A stretch of DNA of 64,000 nt from an uncultured Pseudomonadota bacterium (lineage in GTDB: Bacteria > Pseudomonadota > Alphaproteobacteria > RF32 > CAG-239), in assembly GCA_902788365.1 (NCBI GenBank), contig CADAJN010000003.1:58656-122655 (forward strand), read 5' to 3'. A model generated the notes under the pieces. The model searched no databases, was not told the DNA's origin, and saw nothing but the letters and a program-made list of their open reading frames with translations. The translations under genes and the position numbers were made by a program. Below are positions 40,766-50,730 of the stretch, piece after piece. Numbering within the stretch: the stretch's first letter is position 1; every line of letters begins with the position of its first letter.

Positions 40766-41677
40766 TTACCTCCTTATTGCATATCTGAGTTTTGCCGAGC
40801 GCGAACGCGGATTTCGTGCACATTCTTCTGCTGTCGGCATTATTGCCTTAGATGTTTCCGCAAACAAGCTGTTATCGGCCACCAGAGCCGGTGCATATTT
40901 TGAAACCCGAACTTTCTGCGAGCCGTTTTCTTTCATAAATGTTTTGACAATGCGGTCTTCTAACGAATGAAAATCTACCACCACCAATCGCCCGCCCGAA
41001 AGCAAACGACCTGCGGCACCTTGCAAACCACGTTCTAATTCGCCGAGTTCATCATTCACGGCGATTCTGAGTGCCTGAAAAGTCCGTGTTGCCGGATCAA
41101 TTTCACCGCCATGCTTATGCAAAACCGTATAAATGATTTCCGCTAACTCGGTTGTGGTTTCAATCGTTTTTTTGCGCCGATATTCAACAATTTTTTGCGC
41201 AATTTGCCGCGATTTACGTTCTTCGCCGTATTGATAAATTAAATCAGCCAAATCTTTTTCAGCGTATGTATTCACAATATCGGCCGCACTCAAACCTTCG
41301 CACGACATACGCATATCTAAAGCTGCCTCTTTGGCAAACGAAAAACCGCGTTCGGCATCATCAAATTGCATTGAAGAAACACCGATATCAAACACTGCAC
41401 CATTGATTTTTTCGTTGACCAAATCGGTAAAATCGCCGAATTGACCGCTTCTAAATTCAAACCGCGCACCATACATATTTTTCAATTCATTGGCGCGAAT
41501 CCGCACATTCGGATCACGATCAAGTGCGATTACTTTGCAATCTGCCGCATCTAAAATGGCTTGGGTGTAACCGCCGTTACCGAATGTGGCATCAACATAA
41601 ATCTCGCCTTTTTGCGGGTTTAAATATTGCAAAACCTCGGAAAGCATCACCGGAATATGTCGCTCTCTTTGTGCCAT
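40766..41677 (-). CDS. rsmH: 16S rRNA (cytosine1402-N4)-methyltransferase
   Basis: HIPVMLSEVL...DATFGNGGYT SAM-binding motif. Confidence 0.9.
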   Translation of the reverse strand: MAQRERHIPVMLSEVLQYLNPQKGEIYVDATFGNGGYTQAILDAADCKVIALDRDPNVRIRANELKNMYGARFEFRSGQFGDFTDLVNEKINGAVFDIGVSSMQFDDAERGFSFAKEAALDMRMSCEGLSAADIVNTYAEKDLADLIYQYGEERKSRQIAQKIVEYRRKKTIETTTELAEIIYTVLHKHGGEIDPATRTFQALRIAVNDELGELERGLQGAAGRLLSGGRLVVVDFHSLEDRIVKTFMKENGSQKVRVSKYAPALVADNSLFAETSKAIMPTAEECARNPRSRSAKLRYAIRR

Positions 41678-42144
41678 TATTGCTCGTCCTTTGCTGCTTT
41701 AAGAACCGGCCGATGCGCCATAACCTCGGCTCGGATACGTGCTTCTTCCTTAGCCCAATTTTCCGGATTCCAAATTTGAAATTTACGACCTTTTCCGACA
41801 AACACCGCCGTATCACTAATTTGTGCATGCCGCAATAATTTTTCGGTCAAAACAATGCGCCCGGTGCTGTCAAACGTAAAACGCTTGGCATCTCCGAAAA
41901 TCAAGTTGGTCAAATTGTCTTGGGTTTCCGAAAAAAAGTCGGTGGCATTTTCAATGTCGGTTGCCAGTTTATCCAACGTTTCCTCCAAACATCCCTCTAT
42001 GCACGGCGCCGATAAGCTGCGATAACAAACAATCTCTGTTGATAATTCTTTAACAATTGCGCGGTAATCTGACGGCAAAGAAACGCGACCTTTGGCGTCT
42101 ACTTTGTTGAAAATCGTATCCATAAACAGAAAGATTTTGCGCAT
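41677..42144 (-). CDS. mraZ: Transcriptional regulator MraZ
   Basis: Two DxxxR-type repeats (KVDAKGRVSLPSDYR / FDSTGRIVLTEKL). First gene of the dcw cluster. AAGGA RBS. Confidence 0.88.
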   Translation of the reverse strand: MRKIFLFMDTIFNKVDAKGRVSLPSDYRAIVKELSTEIVCYRSLSAPCIEGCLEETLDKLATDIENATDFFSETQDNLTNLIFGDAKRFTFDSTGRIVLTEKLLRHAQISDTAVFVGKGRKFQIWNPENWAKEEARIRAEVMAHRPVLKAAKDEQ

Positions 42145-42175
42145 TTTGGGTTCCTTTGGATTCGTTTTATTATTT

Positions 42176-42212
42176 ATGGTATATCATGGTATTTTATGGG
42201 ATTCAATGGTAT
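42176..42212. promoter_or_regulatory. Candidate MraZ operator: four TGG(T/G)A repeats with exact 10-bp periodicity
   Basis: TGG at 42177, 42187, 42197 and 42207, about 33-67 bp upstream of the mraZ start. E. coli MraZ binds a 10-bp-periodic TGGGN direct-repeat array. Confidence 0.4.
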
Positions 42213-42449
42213 TTTTTAGGATTTTATTAACTGTTCTTGCAATGTTCTGTTTTAACGATATAAAATAAATATATTTTTTAACGTAAAATCATATAGTTAA
42301 GTGGAAATTAAAATTTTTTATAAAAAATTCACAGTGCTAAGGATTATTTAAGCATTTACTTCTATGAAGCCGCCATTTTTGACCGACTCGGGATTTAAAA
42401 AAAATAAACCCGCATGTTCTTTTACAAACACACGGGGAACAACAGTCTC

Positions 42450-42899
42450 TTAAGCAAAACACCAGCGGATAATTTGCCAAATACTGCCGGCAAGAACGGT
42501 AAATAAGACACAAATAATACCGATAACTATTATGGCAAATAAAAATACCATCTTGCCAAGCAGATAAAAGATATAAGCACTAACCAAAACAACCGCATAC
42601 GCCAAAATATAATCAGCAAAGGGCGGTATATCGGCAAGCAATATACCTTTCATTGTCGGATAAACAGCAAATGCAGCGCCAATTATCAGAACAAAAATCA
42701 TTCGAGAGATAATTTGCAGAATCCGCTCTTCTTTAGGGTAGGTCAGTTTAATCATCAACGGGTTGCTTTGCTTACTCGGGTCCTCATCAATTTCCTTGAG
42801 ATGCCAGATACCCATATGCACGATTCCCATTATGAAACTCGCCACTAAAATAAATTTCCACACTAAACCAATGTGGTCTGCAATCGATTGTATAGCCAT
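42450..42899 (-). CDS. Hypothetical membrane protein (149 aa, 4 TM)
   Basis: Hydrophobic segments. No motif. Confidence 0.45.
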   Translation of the reverse strand: MAIQSIADHIGLVWKFILVASFIMGIVHMGIWHLKEIDEDPSKQSNPLMIKLTYPKEERILQIISRMIFVLIIGAAFAVYPTMKGILLADIPPFADYILAYAVVLVSAYIFYLLGKMVFLFAIIVIGIICVLFTVLAGSIWQIIRWCFA

Positions 42900-43015
42900 A
42901 ATTGTAAAATTAAAAAGTAAGTAAATTATAATGAAATCGAATTTAGTATAGACAAAAAACAGAGAAATGTCAAGATGAAAGTTACTTCATATGGTGAGTA
43001 TAATCACTGCATTAT

Positions 43016-43124
43016 AAGAACTCGGATAGCATGCGTAGATACGCCGTATCCCTCTTCACGCCGTGTACAAAAAAAGGTACATAAGTGAAGAGGGATACAA
43101 GTAGATACCAGCTAGACGAGGTTT
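43016..43124. repeat. Palindromic extragenic element D (single unit) abutting the ppiase stop codon
   Basis: AACTCGGATAGC...GTATCCCTCTTCAC/GTGAAGAGGGATAC perfect arms...CAAGTAGATACCAGCTAGACGAGGTTTT. Confidence 0.85.
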
Positions 43125-43736
43125 TTAGATATCGGCAATGACTTCTATTGAAATAATCCGATCCGGCGACGACACCATCCCGTTTGAACCGCTGCCGCGC
43201 TTAATCAAATCCACAAATTCCATGCCCTCAATAACTTGTCCCCAAATAGTATATTGACCGTCAAGCCAAGGACAATCGCCAAAGCAAATAAAAAATTGGC
43301 TGTCGGCAGAATCCGGATCCATTGCCCGTGCCATAGATACTGTGCCACGCTTGTGCTGCAAACGATTAAACTCAGCTTTGAGTTTTTTACCGCTACCGCC
43401 AGTGCCGTCACCGCGCGGACAACCGGTTTGTGCCATAAAACCGTCAATTACGCGATGAAACTTCAAACCGTTATAAAAACCTTGCCGAACCAGCTCTTTA
43501 ATACGCGCCACATGCTTTGGTGCCACATCCGGCAACAATTCAATAATCACATCGCCGTCTTTAGTTTTCAGCAGCAGAGCATTTTCAGCATCTTTCACCG
43601 CGTATGAATGTTTAATTTTCTTGGCACGGCTCTGGCTCATGCCTATTTTTTTGGTTTCCTTATTTTCAAGTTTTTGTGTGCTCGGTTTTGAAATATTTTT
43701 AGTTTCGGATTTTTGCAATAAATCAGTCATTTTCAA
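43125..43736 (-). CDS. Cyclophilin-type peptidyl-prolyl cis-trans isomerase with a Lys-rich N-terminal extension
   Basis: FHRVIDGFMAQTGCPRGDGTGGSG cyclophilin signature. Confidence 0.85.
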   Translation of the reverse strand: MKMTDLLQKSETKNISKPSTQKLENKETKKIGMSQSRAKKIKHSYAVKDAENALLLKTKDGDVIIELLPDVAPKHVARIKELVRQGFYNGLKFHRVIDGFMAQTGCPRGDGTGGSGKKLKAEFNRLQHKRGTVSMARAMDPDSADSQFFICFGDCPWLDGQYTIWGQVIEGMEFVDLIKRGSGSNGMVSSPDRIISIEVIADI

Positions 43737-43774
43737 TTCCTTTCGTTATCTTTTTTTATTTATTTAGGAAATAT

Positions 43775-44728
43775 TTAATCGTGATTCAAGACATAGTCCA
43801 CTCTTTCTTCGGCCGAAAGATTTTTCGGATAATCTTTATCAATTTTTTTGATGGCATTTATTAAGCCGCGACCGTTGGCAATTTGAATAGCCAGTCCGGG
43901 ACGTGCATTTAATTCCAACATCATCGGCCCACGGTCTTTGTCAAGCACAATATCGGCACCTAAATACCCCAATCCCGTCAGCTCGTATGCTTGAGCTCCA
44001 ATCAGCAGATGTTCGCGCCAAAACGGCACTTTTAAGCCCATCAAATCAGCGCCTGTATCCGGATGATGGGTAATCGGTTGATTGTGGCACACCGCTTGCA
44101 GTGTATTACCTGTGCGAATATCCAGACCAACACCTACTGCGCCTTGGTGCAAATTGGCACGGCCGCCCGATTCTTTGGTAGCCAGCCTCATCATTGCCAG
44201 TGCCGGATAGCCCTTATAGACAATTACGCGCACGTCCGGAATACCCTGAAAGCTGTAATCCTTAAACACATCACTGAAATGCACTAATTCTTCCACCAGC
44301 GCCACATCATATTGGCCACCTAAACTGTATAAGCCGCTCAAAATATTTGAAACGTGCTGATAAACCTCACGAAAACGCAACTCTTTGCCAGAAGCGGTTG
44401 TATAATGCCCATCTTGATATTTTTTAATTACCAAAACACCTTTACCCTGACTGCCGTGCGCCGGCTTAACCACAAACTCTTTATGTCCGCGCACAATTTT
44501 CGGCAAATCAATCACTTCATATTGGTGTTCTATGACCCCAATCATGTGTGGTGTGTTAATATCTATGCTGTTGGCCAGTTGCTTGGTTTTAACCTTATCA
44601 TCTACCAACGGATACAATGAACGCTTATTATAATGTGCAATGATTTTATAATTACGTGCATTCATACCCAAGACACCGGCTTGATGAAATTTGCGCGCAT
44701 ACGAAAAATAGTGCAGCCACTCAAACAT
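43775..44728 (-). CDS. Alpha-L-glutamate ligase-like (RimK-related ATP-grasp) protein
   Basis: ATP-grasp fold motifs (VVKPAHGSQGKGV...ELNARPG). Conserved partner of the two following genes. Confidence 0.75.
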   Translation of the reverse strand: MFEWLHYFSYARKFHQAGVLGMNARNYKIIAHYNKRSLYPLVDDKVKTKQLANSIDINTPHMIGVIEHQYEVIDLPKIVRGHKEFVVKPAHGSQGKGVLVIKKYQDGHYTTASGKELRFREVYQHVSNILSGLYSLGGQYDVALVEELVHFSDVFKDYSFQGIPDVRVIVYKGYPALAMMRLATKESGGRANLHQGAVGVGLDIRTGNTLQAVCHNQPITHHPDTGADLMGLKVPFWREHLLIGAQAYELTGLGYLGADIVLDKDRGPMMLELNARPGLAIQIANGRGLINAIKKIDKDYPKNLSAEERVDYVLNHD

Positions 44729-44730
44729 CT

Positions 44731-46263
44731 TTATTTATCCTTTACAAGTGCGGCAAAGCGCTTAATTTCGGTTAAACGATAGCCCGTATATGTGCCGAGC
44801 AACATCACAATCGCCAAAATCACAAAGTTCCACTCGTTAAACGCAAACATAATATGGCGAATATACGAACTGCTGACGACCAAATATGTCACAACCGCCA
44901 CAAATAACGTGTTAACAATTTGCTTAATGGCATTTCTGGCGCCGTCTTCTTCCCATGTAATGCAAGCACGTTCAATAATCCATGCCGTAATAATAATCGG
45001 GAAAAATGCCGCCGATGCAATAACACGCCAATCAGCCTGATAACCAAACACCGTCAGCACCTGCATGATGATAATTACAAAAATGACCACTGCGGAAATT
45101 CTCGGCACCAACAATAAATTGAGCCGCGTTAGCAAAGTGCGGATTAAAAGACCGAGCATAACAATAACGCTAAAGCAAATAAATCCTGCCCAAAATCCGG
45201 TTTTAATCAGCGACATGGCAATCAGCATCGGTGTAAATGTTCCCATAGTGGAAATACCGACCACGTTACGCAACAACACCACCAATAAAATACCCAGCGG
45301 AAAAATCATCAACCATTTAAGGGCGTTTTGTTCCAATGACGGCAAATCATAAATAGTCCAATTAAACAAACGACTGTTTTCATACTTAGCGCGACGACCA
45401 GCCATTTTAAACGATGAAATCACTGATTTTGCCACCGCAAATTTGACTTCGGAATTAACCCCACCGCTTACATCCAAAAGCGAAACGCCGCCGCGTTGAA
45501 AAATAACAAAGTTTTTCGGTAAACCATCTTCGCCGGTTTCTATGTCATAAATCTTCCATTTACTGCCTTCATACACCTCCAACATCAAATCCGCGCGCGA
45601 AGAATGTTTCTTTTCCGCTAATTTCACGCCGCGCACAATACGCGCCGGAATTCCTTTTACCGAAAGCAAATAAATAATCTTATCCGCCATAATTTTCGGC
45701 GATTTTTTTACCGGCAAAAAAGCATCTACCTGCGGCGCTAATTCTTCCTCATTAAGCAGTTCAATGATGCGCCTTGCGGCACTGCCTTCTTTGGCATCGG
45801 CCAGCGTCCAAATTTCGTTAATCATCGCCTCTTGCAATTCATCATTAAACGCCGGCTTTTTAATTTTCGGCGGTGTTTTTTCCCAAACCTTACCGGTCAC
45901 ATCTTCGTTATCGTAAATCATAATGCGATAATAGACATTCTGTTTGTTTTTACGCCCTTTAGAACGCATGGTAATACGATGATTTTTATCGTCTTTTTGC
46001 ACTTCATAACCTTTAGCCACGGTATCTTCGCTCAAAATTTTATATTCCTTGGCAATACTTGGCGTAGAAAGTGAAACTTCTATCGGTTCACCGGTCGGCT
46101 GAAAAGACACATGGGCATCAATAGTCCACACATCTGATTTTTCAGTCGGTTTAAAACTGAAGCCCCAAACCGTGATTTTATAATATGTTGCCCAAACGGC
46201 AAAAATTGTTGTTAACAGCAAAAACAGCGTTAACAAACCTCTGACAGAAAGAATCTTTTTCAT
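44731..46263 (-). CDS. 7TM protein fused to an inactive transglutaminase-like periplasmic domain
   Basis: N-terminal soluble domain of about 300 aa, then 7 hydrophobic helices. 2-bp gap to the RimK-like gene. Confidence 0.55.
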   Translation of the reverse strand: MKKILSVRGLLTLFLLLTTIFAVWATYYKITVWGFSFKPTEKSDVWTIDAHVSFQPTGEPIEVSLSTPSIAKEYKILSEDTVAKGYEVQKDDKNHRITMRSKGRKNKQNVYYRIMIYDNEDVTGKVWEKTPPKIKKPAFNDELQEAMINEIWTLADAKEGSAARRIIELLNEEELAPQVDAFLPVKKSPKIMADKIIYLLSVKGIPARIVRGVKLAEKKHSSRADLMLEVYEGSKWKIYDIETGEDGLPKNFVIFQRGGVSLLDVSGGVNSEVKFAVAKSVISSFKMAGRRAKYENSRLFNWTIYDLPSLEQNALKWLMIFPLGILLVVLLRNVVGISTMGTFTPMLIAMSLIKTGFWAGFICFSVIVMLGLLIRTLLTRLNLLLVPRISAVVIFVIIIMQVLTVFGYQADWRVIASAAFFPIIITAWIIERACITWEEDGARNAIKQIVNTLFVAVVTYLVVSSSYIRHIMFAFNEWNFVILAIVMLLGTYTGYRLTEIKRFAALVKDK

Positions 46264-46281
46264 TTGTAACAGTCCCGATAA

Positions 46282-46812
46282 TTATTTTAAAGTATTTGAA
46301 AGCGAAACGTCAACAATGGCACGACCGGCCAAAATATTGCGTCCGACTAATGTCTGATATTCAAACTTTTCACGCTCGGCAATCGTAAAATCAGCCTTAA
46401 ACGTTTTACCGCCCATTTTCACATCCATTTCTACCATCGGCCGACGCTCGTCTTCAATAATGCGTTTAACACGAATACGCTTGACAATCGGCTTTTCAAA
46501 CGTGTATTTTTCTTTGGTTTCGCGGTTGACAATCGTGAAAGACACCCAACGCTCGCCGTCACGCTCAAAGCGCTTAATATCTTCGGCATCCAATGAGGAC
46601 GTGGTTGCACCGGTATCTATGCGCGACATAAAAGCCGACTTCATCGGCGGCAAATAAATGCGTTCCACCGCACCGATCACGTTATTAGGCATAACGGTAA
46701 CCACTTTAGGTTCTTGTGCTGAATGCGGTGCAATAGCCGGCACAATTTGCGTATTTTCTTTGGCACACGCCGCCAAACCCAAAAGACATAACAAATTTAA
46801 CAATTTGCGCAT
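46282..46812 (-). CDS. Retropepsin-like aspartic protease lipoprotein ('ATP-dependent zinc protease' family, DUF785-like)
   Basis: Lipobox LGLAAC. D-T-G motif in RIDTGATTSSL. Start set at MRKLLNLL. Confidence 0.65.
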   Translation of the reverse strand: MRKLLNLLCLLGLAACAKENTQIVPAIAPHSAQEPKVVTVMPNNVIGAVERIYLPPMKSAFMSRIDTGATTSSLDAEDIKRFERDGERWVSFTIVNRETKEKYTFEKPIVKRIRVKRIIEDERRPMVEMDVKMGGKTFKADFTIAEREKFEYQTLVGRNILAGRAIVDVSLSNTLK

Positions 46813-46939
46813 TTTTAACCTTTCGCTTTGTTCAATTTCAGTTATGTCACATAATCTACTTTTTTTAAATAAAGTCCAGTAAAAAAAAATATCCGCCGAC
46901 AATTTTTTTATTGCCGACGGATGGTAAAAACAGGATTTT

Positions 46940-48088
46940 TTAGAAAAATACGGTCAAACGCAAGGAGGTTGCCGTGCCGTAATCGGATTTTTGATTTTGT
47001 GCCGGATGAATGTAAAATTGTAAATCCGGCGTTAATGTAGCCCATTTTGAAATGCCCCACGCCCAATAAGCTTCCAAAACCTGCTCGGCACTGTGATAAA
47101 TCGATGCGCCGACCGCGTCTTCATCTATTTCATTATATGAATATGAAAAACCGATTTGGTCAAGTTCGTTGCGGTCAAGCGGATTATTGATAACACTGCC
47201 TAACACATACGAGCGGTTAATTTCTGCTATGTGGCCGTTTACCCCGTTTACGCGTCCGAAAAGAGCCCATTTTTTTCCGATGTTTTGCTGCATATTGAGC
47301 GACCAACCGGTCGTTGATTGCGGTTGCAAACTCACATACGGTTGGTTATAGACCAACACTGAATATTGCCCCTGCCCGAGTCTTTTGATTGTCGGATTGT
47401 AGCCGATTTGTCCGAATGTGGTAAAATGCCCGTCATCTAAGCGATTAAAGCGAATGCTCGGCGCATTGATATTGGTGGCATCCAAAAAGCCGGCAATAAA
47501 TTGCCAATTTCCCGGCTCGGCTTGCACATAAGCACCTAAGCCGGCATCAGAATATGTGGCACTGGCATTTTGCGCCGAAGCATAGTTCAAAAAATTAACC
47601 TGCTGATTGTTATCATAATCTGTGCCGTCAAAATTATATAAACTGTATTGTCCGACGCCGAATGTCAGCCAATTATATTTGGCCGGTAATTGATATGTGT
47701 AATACAAATCGGCAAATTCCTGCTCATCACCGCCAAAATCGTTAATTGGCGTAACAAAACCCGAATTGGCTTGAATATCATTGGCATTGTGATTACCATA
47801 ATAAATACTGTAATATGATGCATTTAAAACGCCGGTACCGTATTCGTTATCAAAGGTTGTCCATGTGATTGACGGTGCCAAATATGATTGAAAGGCATTG
47901 GCATCTCCACTCGGCGAAGTGCGCTGCAATAAAGCGGAATAAGTCAAATTATAACTAAAACCGTAACGATTACTGAGATAATTTTTGAATGCTGTGTATT
48001 CATCACCCAAAGTGCGCGATTCCGCTTGCGCCGCCGAAATCGGCCCCAATAAACCGATTAAAATATACAACCATTTTTTCATTTTCAT
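46940..48088 (-). CDS. Outer-membrane beta-barrel porin (OprB-like, tentative)
   Basis: Signal peptide, alternating beta-strand pattern and a C-terminal ...LRLTVFF. Confidence 0.55.
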   Translation of the reverse strand: MKMKKWLYILIGLLGPISAAQAESRTLGDEYTAFKNYLSNRYGFSYNLTYSALLQRTSPSGDANAFQSYLAPSITWTTFDNEYGTGVLNASYYSIYYGNHNANDIQANSGFVTPINDFGGDEQEFADLYYTYQLPAKYNWLTFGVGQYSLYNFDGTDYDNNQQVNFLNYASAQNASATYSDAGLGAYVQAEPGNWQFIAGFLDATNINAPSIRFNRLDDGHFTTFGQIGYNPTIKRLGQGQYSVLVYNQPYVSLQPQSTTGWSLNMQQNIGKKWALFGRVNGVNGHIAEINRSYVLGSVINNPLDRNELDQIGFSYSYNEIDEDAVGASIYHSAEQVLEAYWAWGISKWATLTPDLQFYIHPAQNQKSDYGTATSLRLTVFF

Positions 48089-48190
48089 ATCCTTTCGTTT
48101 TTATGCTTACGGATATGATATATATAACCGAAAAAACAAAATAAAAGGGGCAGAAAAAAGGATATATTTTTCCAACACCTGTTCAGGCCT

Positions 48191-48294
48191 AAACCTCGGC
48201 TAGCGTGCGTGATTACGCAGTGAATTTGGAGCGTGGTGTAGATAAAGCTACACGAGCGAGAAATTTACAAGTCAGAACCAGCTAGACGAGGTTT
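48191..48294. repeat. Palindromic extragenic element E (single unit) abutting the gcrA stop codon
   Basis: AAACCTCGGCTAGCGTG...GTGTAGATAAAGCTACAC...ACAAGTCAGAACCAGCTAGACGAGGTTTT. Confidence 0.85.
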
Positions 48295-48726
48295 TTATTT
48301 GCGAGTGGCTTTGACATAGGCCATCATCGCATGCTCATCACAATATGTTTGACCGGAACGCACTTTCTTGCCGCAAAAAGAAAAGTCATCATCACGCGGA
48401 TCACCAAGCGGCCATCTGCAAGTATGGCTATCTAAATCAACCAAACGAACCTTATCGGTGGCATCTGATGTAACGGATGCCGCAGCACTTTTAGCCGGTT
48501 TAATTTCACGCACCGGTAACAATTCTTGAACCGGCGCGGCTTCTTTTTCTGTCTCAATTTCTTCTTTCTTTTTAATCGGCGACGGACGTGCCGTCAAACA
48601 CAGACGGTGCACTTTTCCGACAATAGAATTTTTAGACACGCCCAATTTTTTTGCAATTTCGTTGGCTGTTAAGCCCTCTATCCACATTTGGCGTAAATCT
48701 TCCACCATTTTTTCGGTCCAAGCCAT
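48295..48726 (-). CDS. gcrA: Cell-cycle regulator GcrA
   Basis: MAWTEKMVEDLRQMWIEGLTANEIAKKLGVSKNSIVGKVHRL N-terminal domain, and conserved C-terminal HTCRWPLGDP...FCG. Confidence 0.9.
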   Translation of the reverse strand: MAWTEKMVEDLRQMWIEGLTANEIAKKLGVSKNSIVGKVHRLCLTARPSPIKKKEEIETEKEAAPVQELLPVREIKPAKSAAASVTSDATDKVRLVDLDSHTCRWPLGDPRDDDFSFCGKKVRSGQTYCDEHAMMAYVKATRK

Positions 48727-48855
48727 TTCAAACTCCTGCTATTAAAAATTTATGCAAGTTTACAAAAATATTTATGGCAAGTCCAGCAATATTTTGCAAA
48801 CTTTTTAATTTTTTTTTATCTTTTAAATATATAATGGTGCGAAGGAGATTAAACC

Positions 48856-50097
48856 ATGCGTTTATTGATTTTACTTTGTCTGTTTTTGCTGACAAGACCG
48901 TGTGCGGCACAACTCAGTGAGTATAATCATTTGTATGATGTGGACGCAGATGAAAAAATTCCGCTCGTTTGGCGCTTGGAAAAAGAATATAAGCAAAAAC
49001 ATTCGCTTTATGATTGGCGATATGATTTTAATTGGGCAATGCCCAAACAATTTGATACCGATTTTCAACAAAACATTACCGATTTCGGTGCCATTGAAAA
49101 ACGTTTGGAAAATCCGGATGAAGAAAGCCTTTTGCGCGACATCAAACGCATGCCTAAAGAGTTTTATCCTTATATAGGACCGATGTTGCACACCGTGCGC
49201 GGTCTGTCGGGCAAAATTTTGGATTTACCGGGGATTAAAGAAACCAAAAACCAATTTCCGGCACACATTGCTTCGGTGTTTAAGGATAAGCCTTATATTG
49301 AATATGCTTCTCCGGAATTATATATTTTTCTGATGCCGGAATTATGGGGAGAAGGTGCCTCGGCGATTGAATATCCCAAAATCAAACGCCAAAAAAAATT
49401 GCCGCTTAGAATGCGCATTAACCCGAAATTTATTGAGGCACTTAAAAAGAATGTGCCGATAGAAAATTATACCAACGGTCATCGCCCGCCTAAACCGGAT
49501 ATGGGTGTTCGTCACTTTTATGCCGACAAAAACACACCGTTATCGGGAGCTGATGTTAAAGCTTTTTTAGGCACTATTGACGGTCTGAAAGACTTTTTAC
49601 ATCAAAATGATAATGAAATTCAGCTGATTTTGATAGATTCGTTATTAAATTACTGGGATGAAAAAAACGGCACACATCGCTATGTCTCTTTTTTAAAAGG
49701 TGCGGTTAATCCATGTCAAACCATTGCCCGTAAGATTAAATGGAAAGGTATGCGCTCCGAATTTCAAGAATATATCGGCAAGCAGGGCTTTGGTCTGGAC
49801 GATTGGGCTTATACCTGTGACAAAACCTTAAAGGCCTATCGCGTGGCCACCATGCCCAATGCCTACATTACGGGACTGAGAATGCTCAAAAAAGGCTATT
49901 TGTATGAAATGTGGAAATATATGGATTTTACCGAAGAAGAACGGCAAATTCAAAAATACTTCATTGAAGCGTCAATTCATTTATACGATTCTACGGTTGA
50001 AAACGTCAATGCCGTTACCCCTTTCCGCCGCGAATTACAAAAAGCATGGATTGAGCTTGGCGACCATTACGGTGGCACACCGCTGATTATTCCGTAA
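48856..50097 (+). CDS. Secreted hypothetical protein (413 aa)
   Basis: Signal peptide MRLLILLCLFLLTRPCAAQ. AT-rich. No motif. Confidence 0.5.
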   Translation: MRLLILLCLFLLTRPCAAQLSEYNHLYDVDADEKIPLVWRLEKEYKQKHSLYDWRYDFNWAMPKQFDTDFQQNITDFGAIEKRLENPDEESLLRDIKRMPKEFYPYIGPMLHTVRGLSGKILDLPGIKETKNQFPAHIASVFKDKPYIEYASPELYIFLMPELWGEGASAIEYPKIKRQKKLPLRMRINPKFIEALKKNVPIENYTNGHRPPKPDMGVRHFYADKNTPLSGADVKAFLGTIDGLKDFLHQNDNEIQLILIDSLLNYWDEKNGTHRYVSFLKGAVNPCQTIARKIKWKGMRSEFQEYIGKQGFGLDDWAYTCDKTLKAYRVATMPNAYITGLRMLKKGYLYEMWKYMDFTEEERQIQKYFIEASIHLYDSTVENVNAVTPFRRELQKAWIELGDHYGGTPLIIP

Positions 50098-50176
50098 TTT
50101 TTGAAAAAAACTGTTGCATTTTATAAATAGAATCTGTATAACCTTTTTAAAATTAACACTTATAAGGGTAATAAAA

Positions 50177-50641
50177 ATGGCAAGAGTTACTGTTGAAGAC
50201 TGTATTGATAAAATTCCTAACCGCTATGACTTGGTTTTAATTGCGGCGCAACGTGCGCGCGATATTTCGGCCGGTGCCCATTTGTGCGTTGACCGTGATA
50301 ATGATAAAAATTCGGTTGTGGCGTTACGTGAAATTGCCGAAAATCGCGTCAGCATTGAAGATTTACAACGCTCTTTAGTGATGGGACTGCAAAAATACGT
50401 TGAAACGGAAGAGCCGGAAGATGAAGAAGTTGAAATCGTTTCGGCCGCGAAAGAATTGGCTGATTTGGATGAAACTTTCTCCAGCGATATGATTAGCGAT
50501 GAAGATTTGTCAAGCACCATGCAAATTCACGGTGAAGATGAAGACGAAGATGCTTTGGATTTAGATTCCGACACTGATTTCGGCTTTGATGATGATACCG
50601 ATTTGGGCGATGATTTTGACAGCGATGATGATTTAGATTAA
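50177..50641 (+). CDS. rpoZ: RNA polymerase omega subunit with a long acidic C-terminal tail
   Basis: [30 protein letters not shown] core. About 75-aa D/E-rich extension. Upstream of spoT. Confidence 0.85.
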   Translation: MARVTVEDCIDKIPNRYDLVLIAAQRARDISAGAHLCVDRDNDKNSVVALREIAENRVSIEDLQRSLVMGLQKYVETEEPEDEEVEIVSAAKELADLDETFSSDMISDEDLSSTMQIHGEDEDEDALDLDSDTDFGFDDDTDLGDDFDSDDDLD

Positions 50642-50667
50642 AAATTATAAAATTAACTTTTATTAAA

Positions 50668-50712
50668 GCAAAACATCTTATATAATAGACAAGTGTTTTG
50701 CTTTTTTTATCG
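50668..50712 (+). terminator. Rho-independent terminator after rpoZ
   Basis: GCAAAACA-N22-TGTTTTGC followed by T7. Confidence 0.5.
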
Positions 50713-50730
50713 CTAAATTAAGGAAAATAA

